From Octopus sinensis (taxonomy: Eukaryota), in contig NC_043001.1 in assembly GCF_006345805.1 (NCBI RefSeq), forward strand, positions 93,806,001-93,870,000: a stretch of 64,000 bases of DNA, read 5' to 3'. Under the pieces are notes generated by a model. It ran no database searches. It saw only the letters and a program-made list of their open reading frames with translations, and was not told the DNA's origin. Position 1 is the first letter of the stretch, and each line of letters begins with the position of its first letter. The translations under genes were made by a program, and so were the position numbers. Positions 26,475-38,749 of this stretch are shown here, one piece after another.

Positions 26475-27683
26475 GAGGGGCGTTCAATAAGTAATGCCCC
26501 TGAGCCACTTCTCATAGGAGTAGAGCAACGAAACTTGGCATAGTTATTAGTCTTTTTCTACATAGGAACCACCCAAAGTTACGCATTTCTCCCATCAGTT
26601 GATGCAGCTCTAAAGACCGTTTTGTAGAAGACCCCAGCTTGGTCCTCCAGCCACAACGTGACTTCAGAAATCAAGGCTGCATCATCTGGGAAATGCTTTC
26701 CTTTCAAAAATAACTTCATGGCTGGGAAGAGGTGAAAATCAGAGGGTGCAAGGTCAAGAGAGTAGGGAGGATGGGGGAGGAGTTCATAGCCGCACGCCTG
26801 TGCTTCTGATCTGGCGACACGCGAGTAGTGGACCGGAGCGTCGTCTTGCAGGAGGAGGATGCCTTTGCTGATCTTGCCCCGCCTCTTGATTTTGATAGCT
26901 TCTCTAAATTTCCTCAAATGTGAAGCATAATAGGCTCCTGTAATTGTGGTACCCTTTGCCAGGAAATCTGTCATCACTACTCCGTCCTGGTGCCAGAAGA
27001 CTGTGTGTGAGCATGACCTTGCCAGCGGAGGGCTGCACCCTTGCCTTCTTTGGCGGAGGTGAGTCACGGTGCTTCCACTGCATTGACTGGGCTTTGTCTC
27101 TGGATCATAGTGATTGACCCAGGTTTCATCCTGTGTAATCAGTCTTTTGAAAATTTTGACTCATCTTCTTGGCACATCTCCAAATTCATCCTCGAGCACT
27201 CGACGCGTTCTTGTTTCTGGAAAGGTGTGAGCAACCTAGGAATCCATCTGGCAGACACCTTTTCCATATGCAAATGGTGATGAATGATAGTCTCCACAGA
27301 CCCGGTACTAATATTGACCTCATGGGCTATTTGGCGAATAGTTGTGCGTCGATCTTTCAAAATGGCAGCCTCAACTTGACGGACAGATGCCTCATTAATG
27401 GCAGAAGGTCATATGATGGGGCATCATCACCATAAGTTACTTTCATTTCATCAAACGTCTCCCGTGGTGTGCGTCCTTTCAAATACAAAAACCGGATCAC
27501 TGCTCGACACTCAACAGGCTCCATTTCACACTTGACTCAGTCCAAACACCTGTAAATCAGAAACCACAATTTGTTCTGAGCTGTAATTTGCCACTTAATC
27601 TATAGAGATATAAATAATTGCACATGCAAATAGATCAAATAATTGCAAGTGGGTCAGAGGCATTACTTATTGAACGTCCCTCG
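26474..27683 (-). mobile_element. Tc1/mariner DNA transposon (mariner, Hsmar2/irritans-like TIR start), 1210 bp
   Basis: 30-bp TIRs CGAGGGGCGTTCAATAAGTAATGCCCCTGA and CGAGGGACGTTCAATAAGTAATGCCTCTGA (28/30 identical). TA on both sides. Confidence 0.95.
26547..27524 (-). pseudogene. Mariner transposase, DD34D, frameshifted and with an internal deletion
   Basis: MEPVECRAVIRFLYLKG...VSARWIPRLL...QDETW...QDDAPVH-(34 aa spacing)-YSLDLAPSDFHLF...GGSYVEKD*. It has several frameshifts, and the segment after APSYDL (the RSGRP linker region) is missing near 27408. Confidence 0.9.
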
Positions 27684-27839
27684 TATATATGAACATGCAT
27701 ATATTATTATATTGCTATTTGATTGAACGCCACGCATCCATTTCCAAGTAAGTTTATCTATCTATCTACCTATTTATGTATATGTCTATCTGTAAATGTA
27801 TATGTTGCAAAATGTTGACATGTCACCGAACAGGACATT

Positions 27840-29463
27840 GGCTACATATTTCAAGGCGGTAAAAGCAACAGTGCGGAGGAATCTGCAGATAAAGCAGGAA
27901 AATTGGTGGAATGATAGATGCGGTGAAATCCAAGAAGCTTCAAATGCTAACAATTTTAAACATTTTTACTCTCTCCTGAAAAATGTTTATGGACTAGTTT
28001 CATCAAAGGTTGTACCTGTTAGGAGCAAGGATGGTACAGATTTATTCACAAATCTTAAAGATATTGTGAGTAGATGGAAAGTATATTTTGATGAGTTGCT
28101 CAATAGACCCACAGAAGTTGATCTCTCTTTTCTAGATAATATAACCGAGATACCAATAAATATCTTATAGCAGAGGTTCCAAACCTGGCTGAAATAAAAG
28201 CAGCAATCACAAAATTGAACAACGGAAAGGCCCCTGGTATGGATGGACTAGGTGCAGAGATATATAAATATGGTGGTGATTCTCTTTGTACAATGTTGAC
28301 GAGTGTGATTCATAGGGTTTTGCAAAGTAAAGAGACTCCTCCAGTTTGGCGTGAAGCATCTATGGAGATACTATATAAATCAAAAGGCGGAAAGGAATTA
28401 TGTGATAATTATCGCGACATCTGTCGTGATATTCCTGCTCCTACACAGTTTGCTATATATTTCGCAATAGTCTTTTAAATAGCCATTACAGATTGCCTTA
28501 AAGGGGTCTATATAAGATATAGGACAACATGTAAACAAACTGTTCAATCTCAAAATACTCTGGGCCAAAACGAAGTTCTGCATTCTCGCCTTAATGAGTT
28601 TCTGTATGCAGATGAGTGTGACTTGTTGTCACATTCTCAGAAAGATATGCAGCACATAGTGAATGCGATTTCTACATCATGTGTAGCATTAGGTCTAACA
28701 AACAATCTAAAAAATTATAATGTACCAGCCCACTCCCTTCAAGATGTATCTGGAAACTTTTATAACTGTGAATAGTCAAAGGTTGGAGATGGTACCTAGA
28801 TTTATTTATTTAGGAAGTACCATGAGGATTGCTGGTCTTGATGATGACATTTCATACAGAATCAGCACGGCTAGTAGTGTTTTTGGTAGGCTTGATAAGC
28901 GTCTGAGGAAACAACATATCTTCACAAATTAAAGTTAAGGTATATAACACATGCGTCCTCCCATCTTTTCTATATGGAAGTGAGGTATGGGTTGTTTAAC
29001 GGTAGGCAGGTAAAGCAATTGGAACGATATTATCAATATTGTCTGAGAAAGATTTGGGGGATAAACTGGAAAATGGCCATGAGTAATGTGGAGGTGCTTG
29101 AAAGGAGTGGCAGTAGAAGTATAAAGACGTTTGAGGTGGGGAACCTGTAGAAAGTGAATGACTGTTGCATTTTATGTGGGTGGATTGTGGGCGGAGGTGC
29201 TTGAGTTGTGCAGGCCTGGTGAGCCATCAAAATTCTCATAGAAAACGACCTTTGATCAACAATGGTGTGACTATTAAAATTCGTAACACAACGTGTGTAA
29301 AATGTGAATGGCTATGCCTCTCAGTTGGAGGTCAAAAAGACATGTTAAGAGAGTGCATTTAGTGGCACCTGTTTCTCCTGCCAGCAAGCACAGTTTTCTA
29401 GTATGCAATAAAATGTGTAAAAGCTTGGCTGGGCATAAAAGTCATATTAAGGCATCACATGGC
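27840..29463 (+). pseudogene. 5'-truncated, internally deleted RTE-clade LINE
   Basis: WWNDRCGEIQ..FYSLLKNVYG..PVRSKDG..RWKVYFDELLN; KAPGMDGLGAEIYKYGG..CDNYRDI; EFLYADECDLL; LEMVPRFIYLGST; LYGSEVW; C-terminal C2H2-like motifs. Many stops and frameshifts; RT subdomains 2-3 are absent. Confidence 0.85.
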
Positions 29464-29705
29464 AAAAATCATGAATAATTTCAGTAAGTCCTCTTGCCAA
29501 TGGCTTTTCTCGTGTAGCGAGGATGAAGCTGTCATATATATATATATATATATTCTAAAATATATATATAATCTCTCTTCCTCTCTCTCTACTTACACAT
29601 ATCTATATCTGCCTCTCTATGTATGTATCTATCTACATATCTACATATATATATATATATATATATGCATATATATATATATTATATATATATATATATT
29701 ATATA

Positions 29706-29749
<44 letters not shown>

Positions 29750-29860
29750 CAACAATTGAGGTAAAATTAATTAATTATTAATCAATTTCACCAAGTATTC
29801 AGTATGTAAAGTATTCAGTATGTGGCAAAGTAATTTATTTTACTAAGCCCTTATATATAA

Positions 29861-29898
<38 letters not shown>

Positions 29899-30543
29899 TT
29901 ACACACAGACACACGTATATATTCACAAAGGTATACCAATGCGCACATATGATAGAAAATAGAATATATTACTAATTGCAGAAACATACAGTGCTTCTCT
30001 ACTGGCCGCAATACAATTCTTTCATAAAAAGCTTTTAAAAAATGATATTTTAAATTCTTCATTTGTAGTCACTTTGTAGAAATCGCTGTTAGACAAAACT
30101 TAACAAAGTTTATGTTGTCTGGAACGGAAATGATATAAAAACACAGTTTCCATCGTTACAAAAACATATAAGTATAATACATAAGCAATTACTTCCACAG
30201 ACGTGGAAGCATACTTTTCTGTCTGGAAATGCTTTTTAGTACCCAAATATATGTTTATATTATCATATACATCTTGTATATAGACATAAATATAAACAGA
30301 AGATTAAATAAGTTTGACATAAAAAATATTGTTATGTATATCAGAATGCATAAAATATAGCGTCTGTTAAACAGACGCATTGTAGAACTCAGGCTGACAG
30401 TTGATATAAATTTTCATAATAATAAGAATATAAAATACATAGTGCTAATTATATAAATGACCTTGCTATGTGTATTGTAGCTTATCTCATTCGCACCCAC
30501 CTTCTTTTCGCTCACCTTGTGAGCAATTTTAAATTTATATATA

Positions 30544-30742
30544 GGCGCAGGCATGGCTCTGTGGTAAGACGTTTTGCCTCCCAGCTACATGGTTCTGGGT
30601 TCAGTACTGCTGCGTGGTACCTTGCGCAAATACCCTGAACCAAGCAAAGTTTTGTGAGTGGATTTGGAAGACCGAAAGAGGTCCGTCGTATATAAATAAA
30701 TAAATAAATATATATATATATGCATGTATGTATGTATGTATG

Positions 30743-30805
<63 letters not shown>

Positions 30806-30806
30806 C

Positions 30807-30843
<37 letters not shown>

Positions 30844-30861
30844 GCATGTATGTATGTATGT

Positions 30862-30892
<31 letters not shown>

Positions 30893-30926
30893 ATATATAT
30901 ATATATATGCATGTATGTATGTATGT

Positions 30927-30968
<42 letters not shown>

Positions 30969-31170
30969 ACAAATTTTGTGTGTATGCTTGTATCAGTGTT
31001 TTTTCCTCCATCACCACTTAATCAACCGATGTTGGTGTGTTTACGTCCCCATAAGTGAACGGTTCATCAAAAGATATGTAAAAGCCTTACAAAGAATAAG
31101 TCTCGACTAAAACTGGTACTCCAGCATAGCCGCAGTCAAGTGACTGAAACAAGTAAGGAGAATGAAGAGA
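30544..31170 (+). mobile_element. tRNA-headed SINE, family A, with expanded internal microsatellite (~290 nt)
   Basis: Head GGCGCAGGCATGGCTCTGTGG...GGGTTCAGTAC; (TA)/(TATG) tract at ~30690-30985; tail GCCGCAGTCAAGTGACTGAAACAAG. Confidence 0.8.
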
Positions 31171-31175
31171 ATATA

Positions 31176-31222
<47 letters not shown>

Positions 31223-31227
31223 GCATA

Positions 31228-31281
<54 letters not shown>

Positions 31282-31716
31282 ATATCTATATATATATACA
31301 TATACATACATTCACACACACACATATATATATATATATACATACATATATATATAGTCGCCTGTGTATATACATATACTTACATATCGCTTTATATGTA
31401 TATATAATTATATCTAAATGCATGTAATTTATACATCCGAGTAATTGCTTGCGCGCTTGTGTGTGTGCGTGTGTGCATATGCATATGTGTGGTTATTAAG
31501 GATATGCAAAGCACTGTAGTAAAGTCCTCTGTATAGGATGTCGAAATATTCTCAGTATATTTACGTGTATATTATATATACACGTAATAATACCCGGGGC
31601 AGTTTAATTATGTTTTTGAATACCAAGCATGAAATTATATATATATATATATATATATCCATACACACACATATAAATATACATATATGTATATATGGAA
31701 TGTGTTTAGGTATGTT

Positions 31717-31751
<35 letters not shown>

Positions 31752-32014
31752 GTATATTCGCCGCCTCCTCTGCAATGCTTGACTTCTCCAGCAATTAGTT
31801 TGCTGCGATCGGCTGATCTTATCGTTGCTTAATCGTTGCTGCAGCATTTTTTGCGTCTATTACAAGAAAAGGTCAATCACATTCTTCATATCCACATATT
31901 TAACATGCTTTTTGAAATGCTGATTTCTTTACTTGTAATTGGTAACGCGCTTATTCATCCAAACAACGAAAGATTGTTAAAAAGAAATCACGTACAAAAA
32001 TTAAAGCATGATTA

Positions 32015-32059
<45 letters not shown>

Positions 32060-32619
32060 AGAGTGAGTGAGTGGGGAGTAATGCATAATAAGTTGAAGAA
32101 AATGAAAGTGAATAGGTGTCGGACTATATAAAGTAGAACTGCAGAATAACATTTAGTTGCAGATGGAAAAAAATAATTCACTTTTAACATTTTGGGAAAT
32201 TTACACATGAAATATTTCAGATGTCGGCAAATTCTGAAGAATTTCGATGCTAGCTTGCCCTTTGGTCTTTTAGTACGTCTGGCAAAATCGTCAGAATTTG
32301 TTGAATATTCACCGATGTGCATTGAGACGTTTAGGCTTTCCAGCGAACAAAGTAAACCAAAAAATTTTATTTTTCTTCATTGGAAAATGTATTTAGTCAT
32401 AAATAGAATTACGTATAATCACCTTTTAAAATACCTCAACCAATACCATTGTAATCTCTATACAAACCTGAACATGTTCATACGATCTGTACATCGTACA
32501 TCATTTTATACGTTGACATGAAATCTTGAAACATTGCCATTGGTATTTATCGTTTCTGGTAACACACGGAGGCAAATGATATTTCCATACATATATTTTA
32601 AGTTCTAAGGAAGCTAAAA

Positions 32620-32884
32620 TTTACGGTTTGTGACGTCCTGTACACATATATGCATAGATATTTGTGCATGTGTGTACATATACAAATATATATATATATA
32701 TGAAAATGTATATATTATTTATGTTGTTATTTGATTGAACGCCACGCATCCATTTCAAAATAAGTTTATTTGTATATCTATCTATCTGTCTCTCTGTAAA
32801 TGTATATAGATAGGCATTTAACATGTTGCAAAATGTTGACGTCAACGCACAGTACAGTGGCTACATATTTCAAGGCGGTAAAAA
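32620..32884 (+). repeat. Local dispersed duplicate of 26338-26473 joined to 27684-27864 (mariner-empty site)
   Basis: TTTACGGTTTGTGACGTCCTGTAC...(TA)n...ATTTGATTGAACGCCACGCATCCATTTC...GGCTACATATTTCAAGGCGGTAAAA occurs at both loci. Confidence 0.85.
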
Positions 32885-33252
32885 CAATAGGTAAAGGTCA
32901 ATCTCATTCTTCATATCTATAAGCTATAATACGATGCACAAGTACACAGGTCTAAGTACACTGCATCTTATTGCACGAACATCTGTAAACTAATTTGCCA
33001 GTTTCATATTACTCTCTGTACTCGACAGCACTCTGTTCTGAAGCATTTGTATACTGAGTTCTAACACTTAGTTTTTAGTTTCGCTATTTCTTCACGAAAT
33101 TTTACAATATTTTAGCAATAAATGGATCTCACGCATTTCAGCGAATAATCCTATAAACACTACATATACATAAATAAGATGAAAGATTTTTTTTTAATGC
33201 GGCGATACCTCGTTGGAATTGACTACACTTTCATTGTGTATTTTAATAAAAA

Positions 33253-33542
33253 GTGGAGGCGCAATGGCCCAATGGTTGCGGCAGCGGACTCGCCGTCAGA
33301 GAACCACGGTTTCGATTCCCAGACGGGCGTTGTGTGTGTTTATTGAGTGAAAACACCTAAAGCTCCATGAGGCTCCGGGAGGGGGTGGTGGCGACCCCTG
33401 TTGTACTCTTTCGCCCCAACATTTTCTCACTCTTTTTTCCACTTTCTTCAGTAACGCTGGGGGGGGGGACACATACGCCATAGAAACAGGGAAACCGGGC
33501 ACATGAGCCTGGCTAGGCTTGAAAAGGGCGCATAAATAAAAA
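33253..33542 (+). mobile_element. tRNA-headed SINE, family B
   Basis: GGAGGCGCAATGGCCCAATGG...GGTTTCGATTCCC...GAAAACACCTAAAGCTCCA...GGGAAACCGGGC; homologous to 13601. Confidence 0.8.
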
Positions 33543-36210
33543 TATATAATTTCAACAAAAAATATTGTTATTAAAATTACATCATAGATTGCGACAAAAT
33601 AGTACTGTACCGTGCGAATGCTGTTGCCATGAATCTTATTCTCATTAATGTTTATGATAATTGAAACTCTGGATGAACTAATCTTTTTTCTTCAAAGTAT
33701 TATCCAACATCTTATATATACGTTGAACTACATATAGATAGAAAGAAACTCATTTGTTACAGTTATGATACAAGAATTCTTTAATAATTCTGTAGAATTT
33801 CATTATATCGTTTCAAGTAAATCAAATGATAATACTATCTTTAAATTTAGCTCTGTCGTCAATAAGTTCCCATCGATATCCTATATATTGGAGTCTGTCT
33901 CATATGACTATTTCTCAACGATGGTCAAAACATGTTTTAAAGTGAAATAGCATGGTTTCTTCCACCATTGATTTCAGTGACTTAGTAATTAAATTTACTG
34001 ATCTCCTGCATAGAATGCTACAAGTCACACAATAGAGAGAAATAATTTTAATCTAACAGTTAGCAGCTGCATCTGAAAGGAGTGCAATTCTATCGGAGCT
34101 TCAACAATCGGTACAATTTTGTTTTTGATTCTTTCGCTCTCTCTTTTCCTTTTGTAGTATAATCAGTTTAGTTTACAGAACCATTATAGTTACAGACACA
34201 ACAGGACCGCTTTACTTTGGTGACTCTTTATTCTCTTCATATAATGCATATAATCTTATTTTAAAATCGATATCAAATGTGAATTCATACCCTCTTAAAG
34301 ATGACTGTATTTGTATGTTTACAACGACAATGCTGAAAAAGCTGATTTCCAAAGAGAAATTTACTCTCGACTTCTTTGTTTCACAATCATTTACGGCCAA
34401 TGTGATATGAATGAAATGGGAATACATTTTTAGATTGAAGCCATAGAAGTGGATTCAGCGGCTAAGGAAGCGTGGTAAAGGTGTGGTCTAGAACAATTTA
34501 GACTCGGGTGATTTATCAACCTGACAAAGTTACAGCCACTAAGGCGTCTTACCGTTAAGTCACTTTTGTCTTGTAATTTACAATTTGTAAGAGAAAATGT
34601 TTTCTTTCAACCATGACTATTAGACATTTAATATGATGATTTAGCAAATAACATTTCATTTTCCTATTAGTGGTAAGTTTGCAAAGACGTTGCCGTTGTT
34701 TTTCAGCTATAAATTAACTATGGAAGGGTAGACATCTCACACAAGATATTAGTGTCCTAATCTCCAATTTAACACAAAGACATGGGGTATATAAGAATAA
34801 ATTAACCAACGTGATTCTTTTTCTAAGACGAATAGATTTAGTTAGACAAAGTCTGGCAGTTTTTTTGTGGCAGGTCGAGTCAAATATTAGAGATTCTATC
34901 GTCGGTTGGGTATGTATTCACAATTGTATATGTGCATAAAATTAATAAAATCCTACGCAGTGAAATTAATTAGCATTTTAAAAAATCCCTAAATAAAAGC
35001 AGAAAAATGTACTTGTTGGTAGATAAGAGTGCAAAGAACATGGCAAGACATCTTAAAAAAATATCGAAATAAAACGGGTACGAGTAGTCTATATATTGCG
35101 AATAAATAAGGGCATTTGGCCAAGGATACATACTGGATGTAAATAAAAGTAAACAGGTTGAAACAGTAAGAAAGACAATGGAGAAAAACAGAAGGATGCC
35201 ACCCATAAGATTATTGTTTTTAAAACCTATGAAATGAGAGTGGTACAGAGTGGACCCAACTGTCACAACCATAGTGACGCATTCTTCTAGCAATAGGCAA
35301 AGGGTTTGCGAGGATAATGAGAATGACAGTGGTGATGATAATTTTCGGATATTTATGTACTGTTTTGCATAATTCATTTCATAATATGGCAAGATGAGTG
35401 TCTGTCTATTTGTGAAACTGGATTTAATTTTATTATGCAAAATAGTACATAAATATCCGAAAATTATCCTCACCATTTGCAGTATTACTGTTTATGGTCA
35501 ATGAATGCTGTATTGTTAAGAAAAATGATTTCACCTGACACAGGTGCACCTGTGTCGACTTATTCAATAACATTTAAACAGAAGTTCGTCTTCATTTTAT
35601 AACGCTGAAGCCAGACTGGCAGATATATAATATGTATATAGGCTACAATGTTAAACTGGGAATCCGCAACTAAGTGGATTGGAAAATTGTTTTCCTTTCT
35701 ATCGGGGAAAATTGGAAGTCATCGTTAGATTTGGCAAACCTAATTCTTTAAAGAAATAATAGAAAAATGTGGTAACCTATTTAGTATTGAATATTCATCT
35801 AAGAATGTATCAAGTTATCAAATTTAATGTATTCAGAAAATGGGGTTTATATTTCATATTTATGATTGAAAGAATTTAACTATGAACGATATTTGATATT
35901 GGCAAATATTGTCTTAATTTATTTCCGTAAGTATATGAAACATATCCGGTTTGCTTAGGTTTAATTATGACCTCAGTAACAAATCTTGGCTATGAAAGTA
36001 GTCGCAGAGACTGATGAAACGAACACTGTACACACCTAGACACTGGATGTTGAAGTAATGATTATATTGCTAAAACATTATTGCTTCTGCAAATAAGGAA
36101 GATGACGAGAAAGTTTTAACAAATAGAACATTAGCTTGACGCTTTATGGAAACTGACCTTCCGTCAGTCCGTCTTTCTGTCTGTATGTATGTATGTGTGT
36201 CATTGTTCTG

Positions 36211-37260
36211 TTTTTTTTTTTTTTTTTTTTTTTTCAAGATTTCTTGCCGATAGAGAAAGAGTTGGTTTCCAATTTAGATACAAGGTTCCTTCATTGGAAT
36301 GTCAACATCGACAGCGTATCTTTCTATGTATATGTGCAGATTCGTATGTTCTGCTTTATGTATCTATTCTCATGCACATAGTCGCATATCAAGACATGCT
36401 CATATATACTTAAATAATTTTACAAATTTTTACAGTTCCTGTGATGGCTTGGGTTGGTAGTCTTTCAATCAGCTTTCTCCTTTCTGGTTCTGAGAAGTGT
36501 AATTTCTCAAGAGTGATATCTAAGCAGTGTGTTATATATCGCAATTCTCCAATAACTACAGGTATAAACCTGAACTTGTAATCTGGATAGGGTAACTGCA
36601 AATTTTTCAATAGTTCTGCGTAGGTATTTCTTTTTCGCTGATCTTTAGCTTTATGTTAACATCCACAGGGCAGCTGATTTTCAAAACTGTTCACAGTCAC
36701 TGTTCTCTGTATTAATATGTCAGGTCTATTATGTTTACATTTTATTGAAGTTTTCACTATGACATTCGGATCTTCTCGGTTTGAACGGCAGTTTTTTTCT
36801 AACGGTGTCATATGAAATTTCATCCATAATTATGACCCTAGTATCAATCTATTGCATTTCAATCTGTTTTAGGGTTAGGGTTAGGGGTGGGGGGAAGGGT
36901 ATCTTTTTTCTTCAGAAATGTAAATAAACCCAATCTGTTTCTTAAATGAGGGACGTATTCATACGGCACAGAATGTTGTTTTAACTCAATAGACATCACT
37001 GATTAGTTGCAATTGCAGAAATTGAAGAGAAAACATCAACAAATATCTTACAAACAATAGAATTTTCTCAAGAAAACCAAGAGAAAAAAATGTTTTATAA
37101 ACACATTCTACCAGTATACGAAGTTTAAAAGTGTTTAGTTACAAAGAAATTATTTTAAAAAACTACCGTTCAAACCGAAAAGATCCAGACATTCCATCAG
37201 TACTCCTTTTTATTATGACATGTTATGGCTTTCTCCATCCTGTGGGTTCTCATCTCTTTG
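36211..37260 (-). pseudogene. 3' end of a REL-endonuclease non-LTR retrotransposon with poly(A) tail, interrupted by a MITE
   Basis: After removing the MITE: KEY*WNVIVKTSIKCKHNRPDILI...EISCPVDVNIKLKISEK...LQLPYPDYKFRFIPVVIG...TGTVKICKII*. A ~180-nt 3'UTR and A24 (T-run 36211-36234) follow. Confidence 0.75.
36768..37186. mobile_element. MITE, 419 bp, 30-bp TIRs starting GGATCTT, 8-bp TSD
   Basis: Left GGATCTTCTCGGTTTGAACGGCAGTTTTTT; right (reverse complement) GGATCTTTTCGGTTTGAACGGTAGTTTTTT. Flanks TGACATTC and AGACATTC. Internal TTAGGG units at ~36867-36885. Confidence 0.85.
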
Positions 37261-37443
37261 TCCTCTATGCATGCATCTATATATGTATATATGTTTGTGC
37301 GTATGTATGTATATATGTATGTATGTATATGCGTGTATGTGTGTGTGCGTTTTCATTTATATATATATTAATGTGTACATATACCAGAAATTATAATTTG
37401 TATGTGCCATATACCCATCACCCGGTATAGACGTATATGTAAA

Positions 37444-37720
37444 TGGGGCCGTATGACCTGGTCGTCAGGGCGCTGCATTGACGATCTCAAGATCGTAGTT
37501 TCGAATCTAGGACCGGATGGCGCGGTTTGTTTTTAAGCAAGATATTTCATCTCACGTGATTCTCTGACGAGTTGGAAATCTGACATGTGACGTACTATGT
37601 ACACATTAAGTTAATGTTGATTAGATATGGGGCTTAAGCTAGTACGCAATACGGACACTTGAGTACTATATACCAATCATCTCTGCAGGTTCTCCAGCAA
37701 GAAATTGCAGAACTGACCAC
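37444..37720 (+). mobile_element. Degenerate tRNA-headed SINE, family D (second copy at ~55305-55615)
   Basis: tRNA-like head (TGACCTGGTCG...GTTTCGAATC), AAGCAAGATATTTCATCTCACG core, and a 3' part (GTTGATTAGAT...CCAATCATCTCTGCAGGTT...CAGCAAG) shared with 55480-55580. Confidence 0.5.
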
Positions 37721-37894
37721 CATGCACATGTAAATATATATGTGTGCATATAGCATATATTATATACAGGAATACGATCGATGAAAATTTGTAAATCTTC
37801 AGCAGTATATGTAACTACATACATATCACTGATAAGAGATTAAAATATTTATGTATTGACAGGCAAATGCGTCAAATTGAAGAATAATCCAGAA

Positions 37895-38192
37895 CAGTAT
37901 TACTGAAAGTAGTGGCCCACGGACCGGTGCCGGTCCACCAGCCATCAACTGCCGGTACGCGGCGAGTTTCCAGAAAAGAAAGCAACAATAGCATAATTTC
38001 AGTTATGTAATACCAGCTTATGTAATATTTTATATTTGTTTACAAAATAAATATAAGATTAGAAAAAAAATGTCAACTTTTATTATATTCATTACATATA
38101 TTTTTTCCGGTATAAATTAATATTACTAAGAAATATTACTGGTCCTTGGCATATTGGAAAAAACTGCCGATCAGATAGTTTAAGAAGCACTA
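37895..38192. mobile_element. Decayed hAT (Charlie/MER5-like) MITE
   Basis: 5' CAGTATTACTGAAAGTAGTGGCCCACGGACCGGTGCCGGTCC and 3' TTTAAGAAGCACTA resemble Charlie termini CAGTGCTWCTCAAA...GGTCCGCGGACCGG. No TSD is recoverable. Confidence 0.5.
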
Positions 38193-38749
38193 AATTTAAG
38201 ATAATTTAATTATCTATAACAAGTTTATCCAGTGTTGCCGGATAAAATTGTGTTGTCGGATAAACTTGTCCTGATCACTAATTCGAACTCTTTTGTGAAA
38301 CCAATCAACACTAAAACCAAATCCAGTTTGCTCTCATAAGATTACTCCTGCGATGAACTTGCCGAAAATATCTGATCCATTATCCCTCTGCTTGAAAGGA
38401 AGGCAAGGATATACTCCGGATGAATATAACTGATAAAGGTGAACAAGAAATTACTTCGCAGAACTGGCTTCTATAGTCACCATTGATTACTCAGTCACCT
38501 TTCTATTTCTAAGTAGAAAGGAAGCATAAAAACTCTTGCGATTTCGGGAAAGGCCCTATTTTTTTTGTCTACGCTAATAAGCACATGAAAACCACGCATA
38601 ATATGGCTGCCACCAAAAGTGAAAATCTAAACAAATGTTCTCACGAAGATTATGTGTATTTATCTCTTTACACTGTTTACCTTAACTACTGAGTCTGTAC
38701 TGATCAGAGAGTCGGGTTATTGTTCACTGCTGTAAATTCTGCACCTAAC

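Noticed and set aside
32228-32300. Hairpin containing CTGAAGA/CTGACGA
   Set aside because: GAAA is not adjacent to a closing stem II, and no UH triplet precedes the stem I partner; it is only an imperfect inverted repeat.
36867-36885. Interstitial telomere
   Set aside because: Only about three TTAGGG units, lying inside a MITE.
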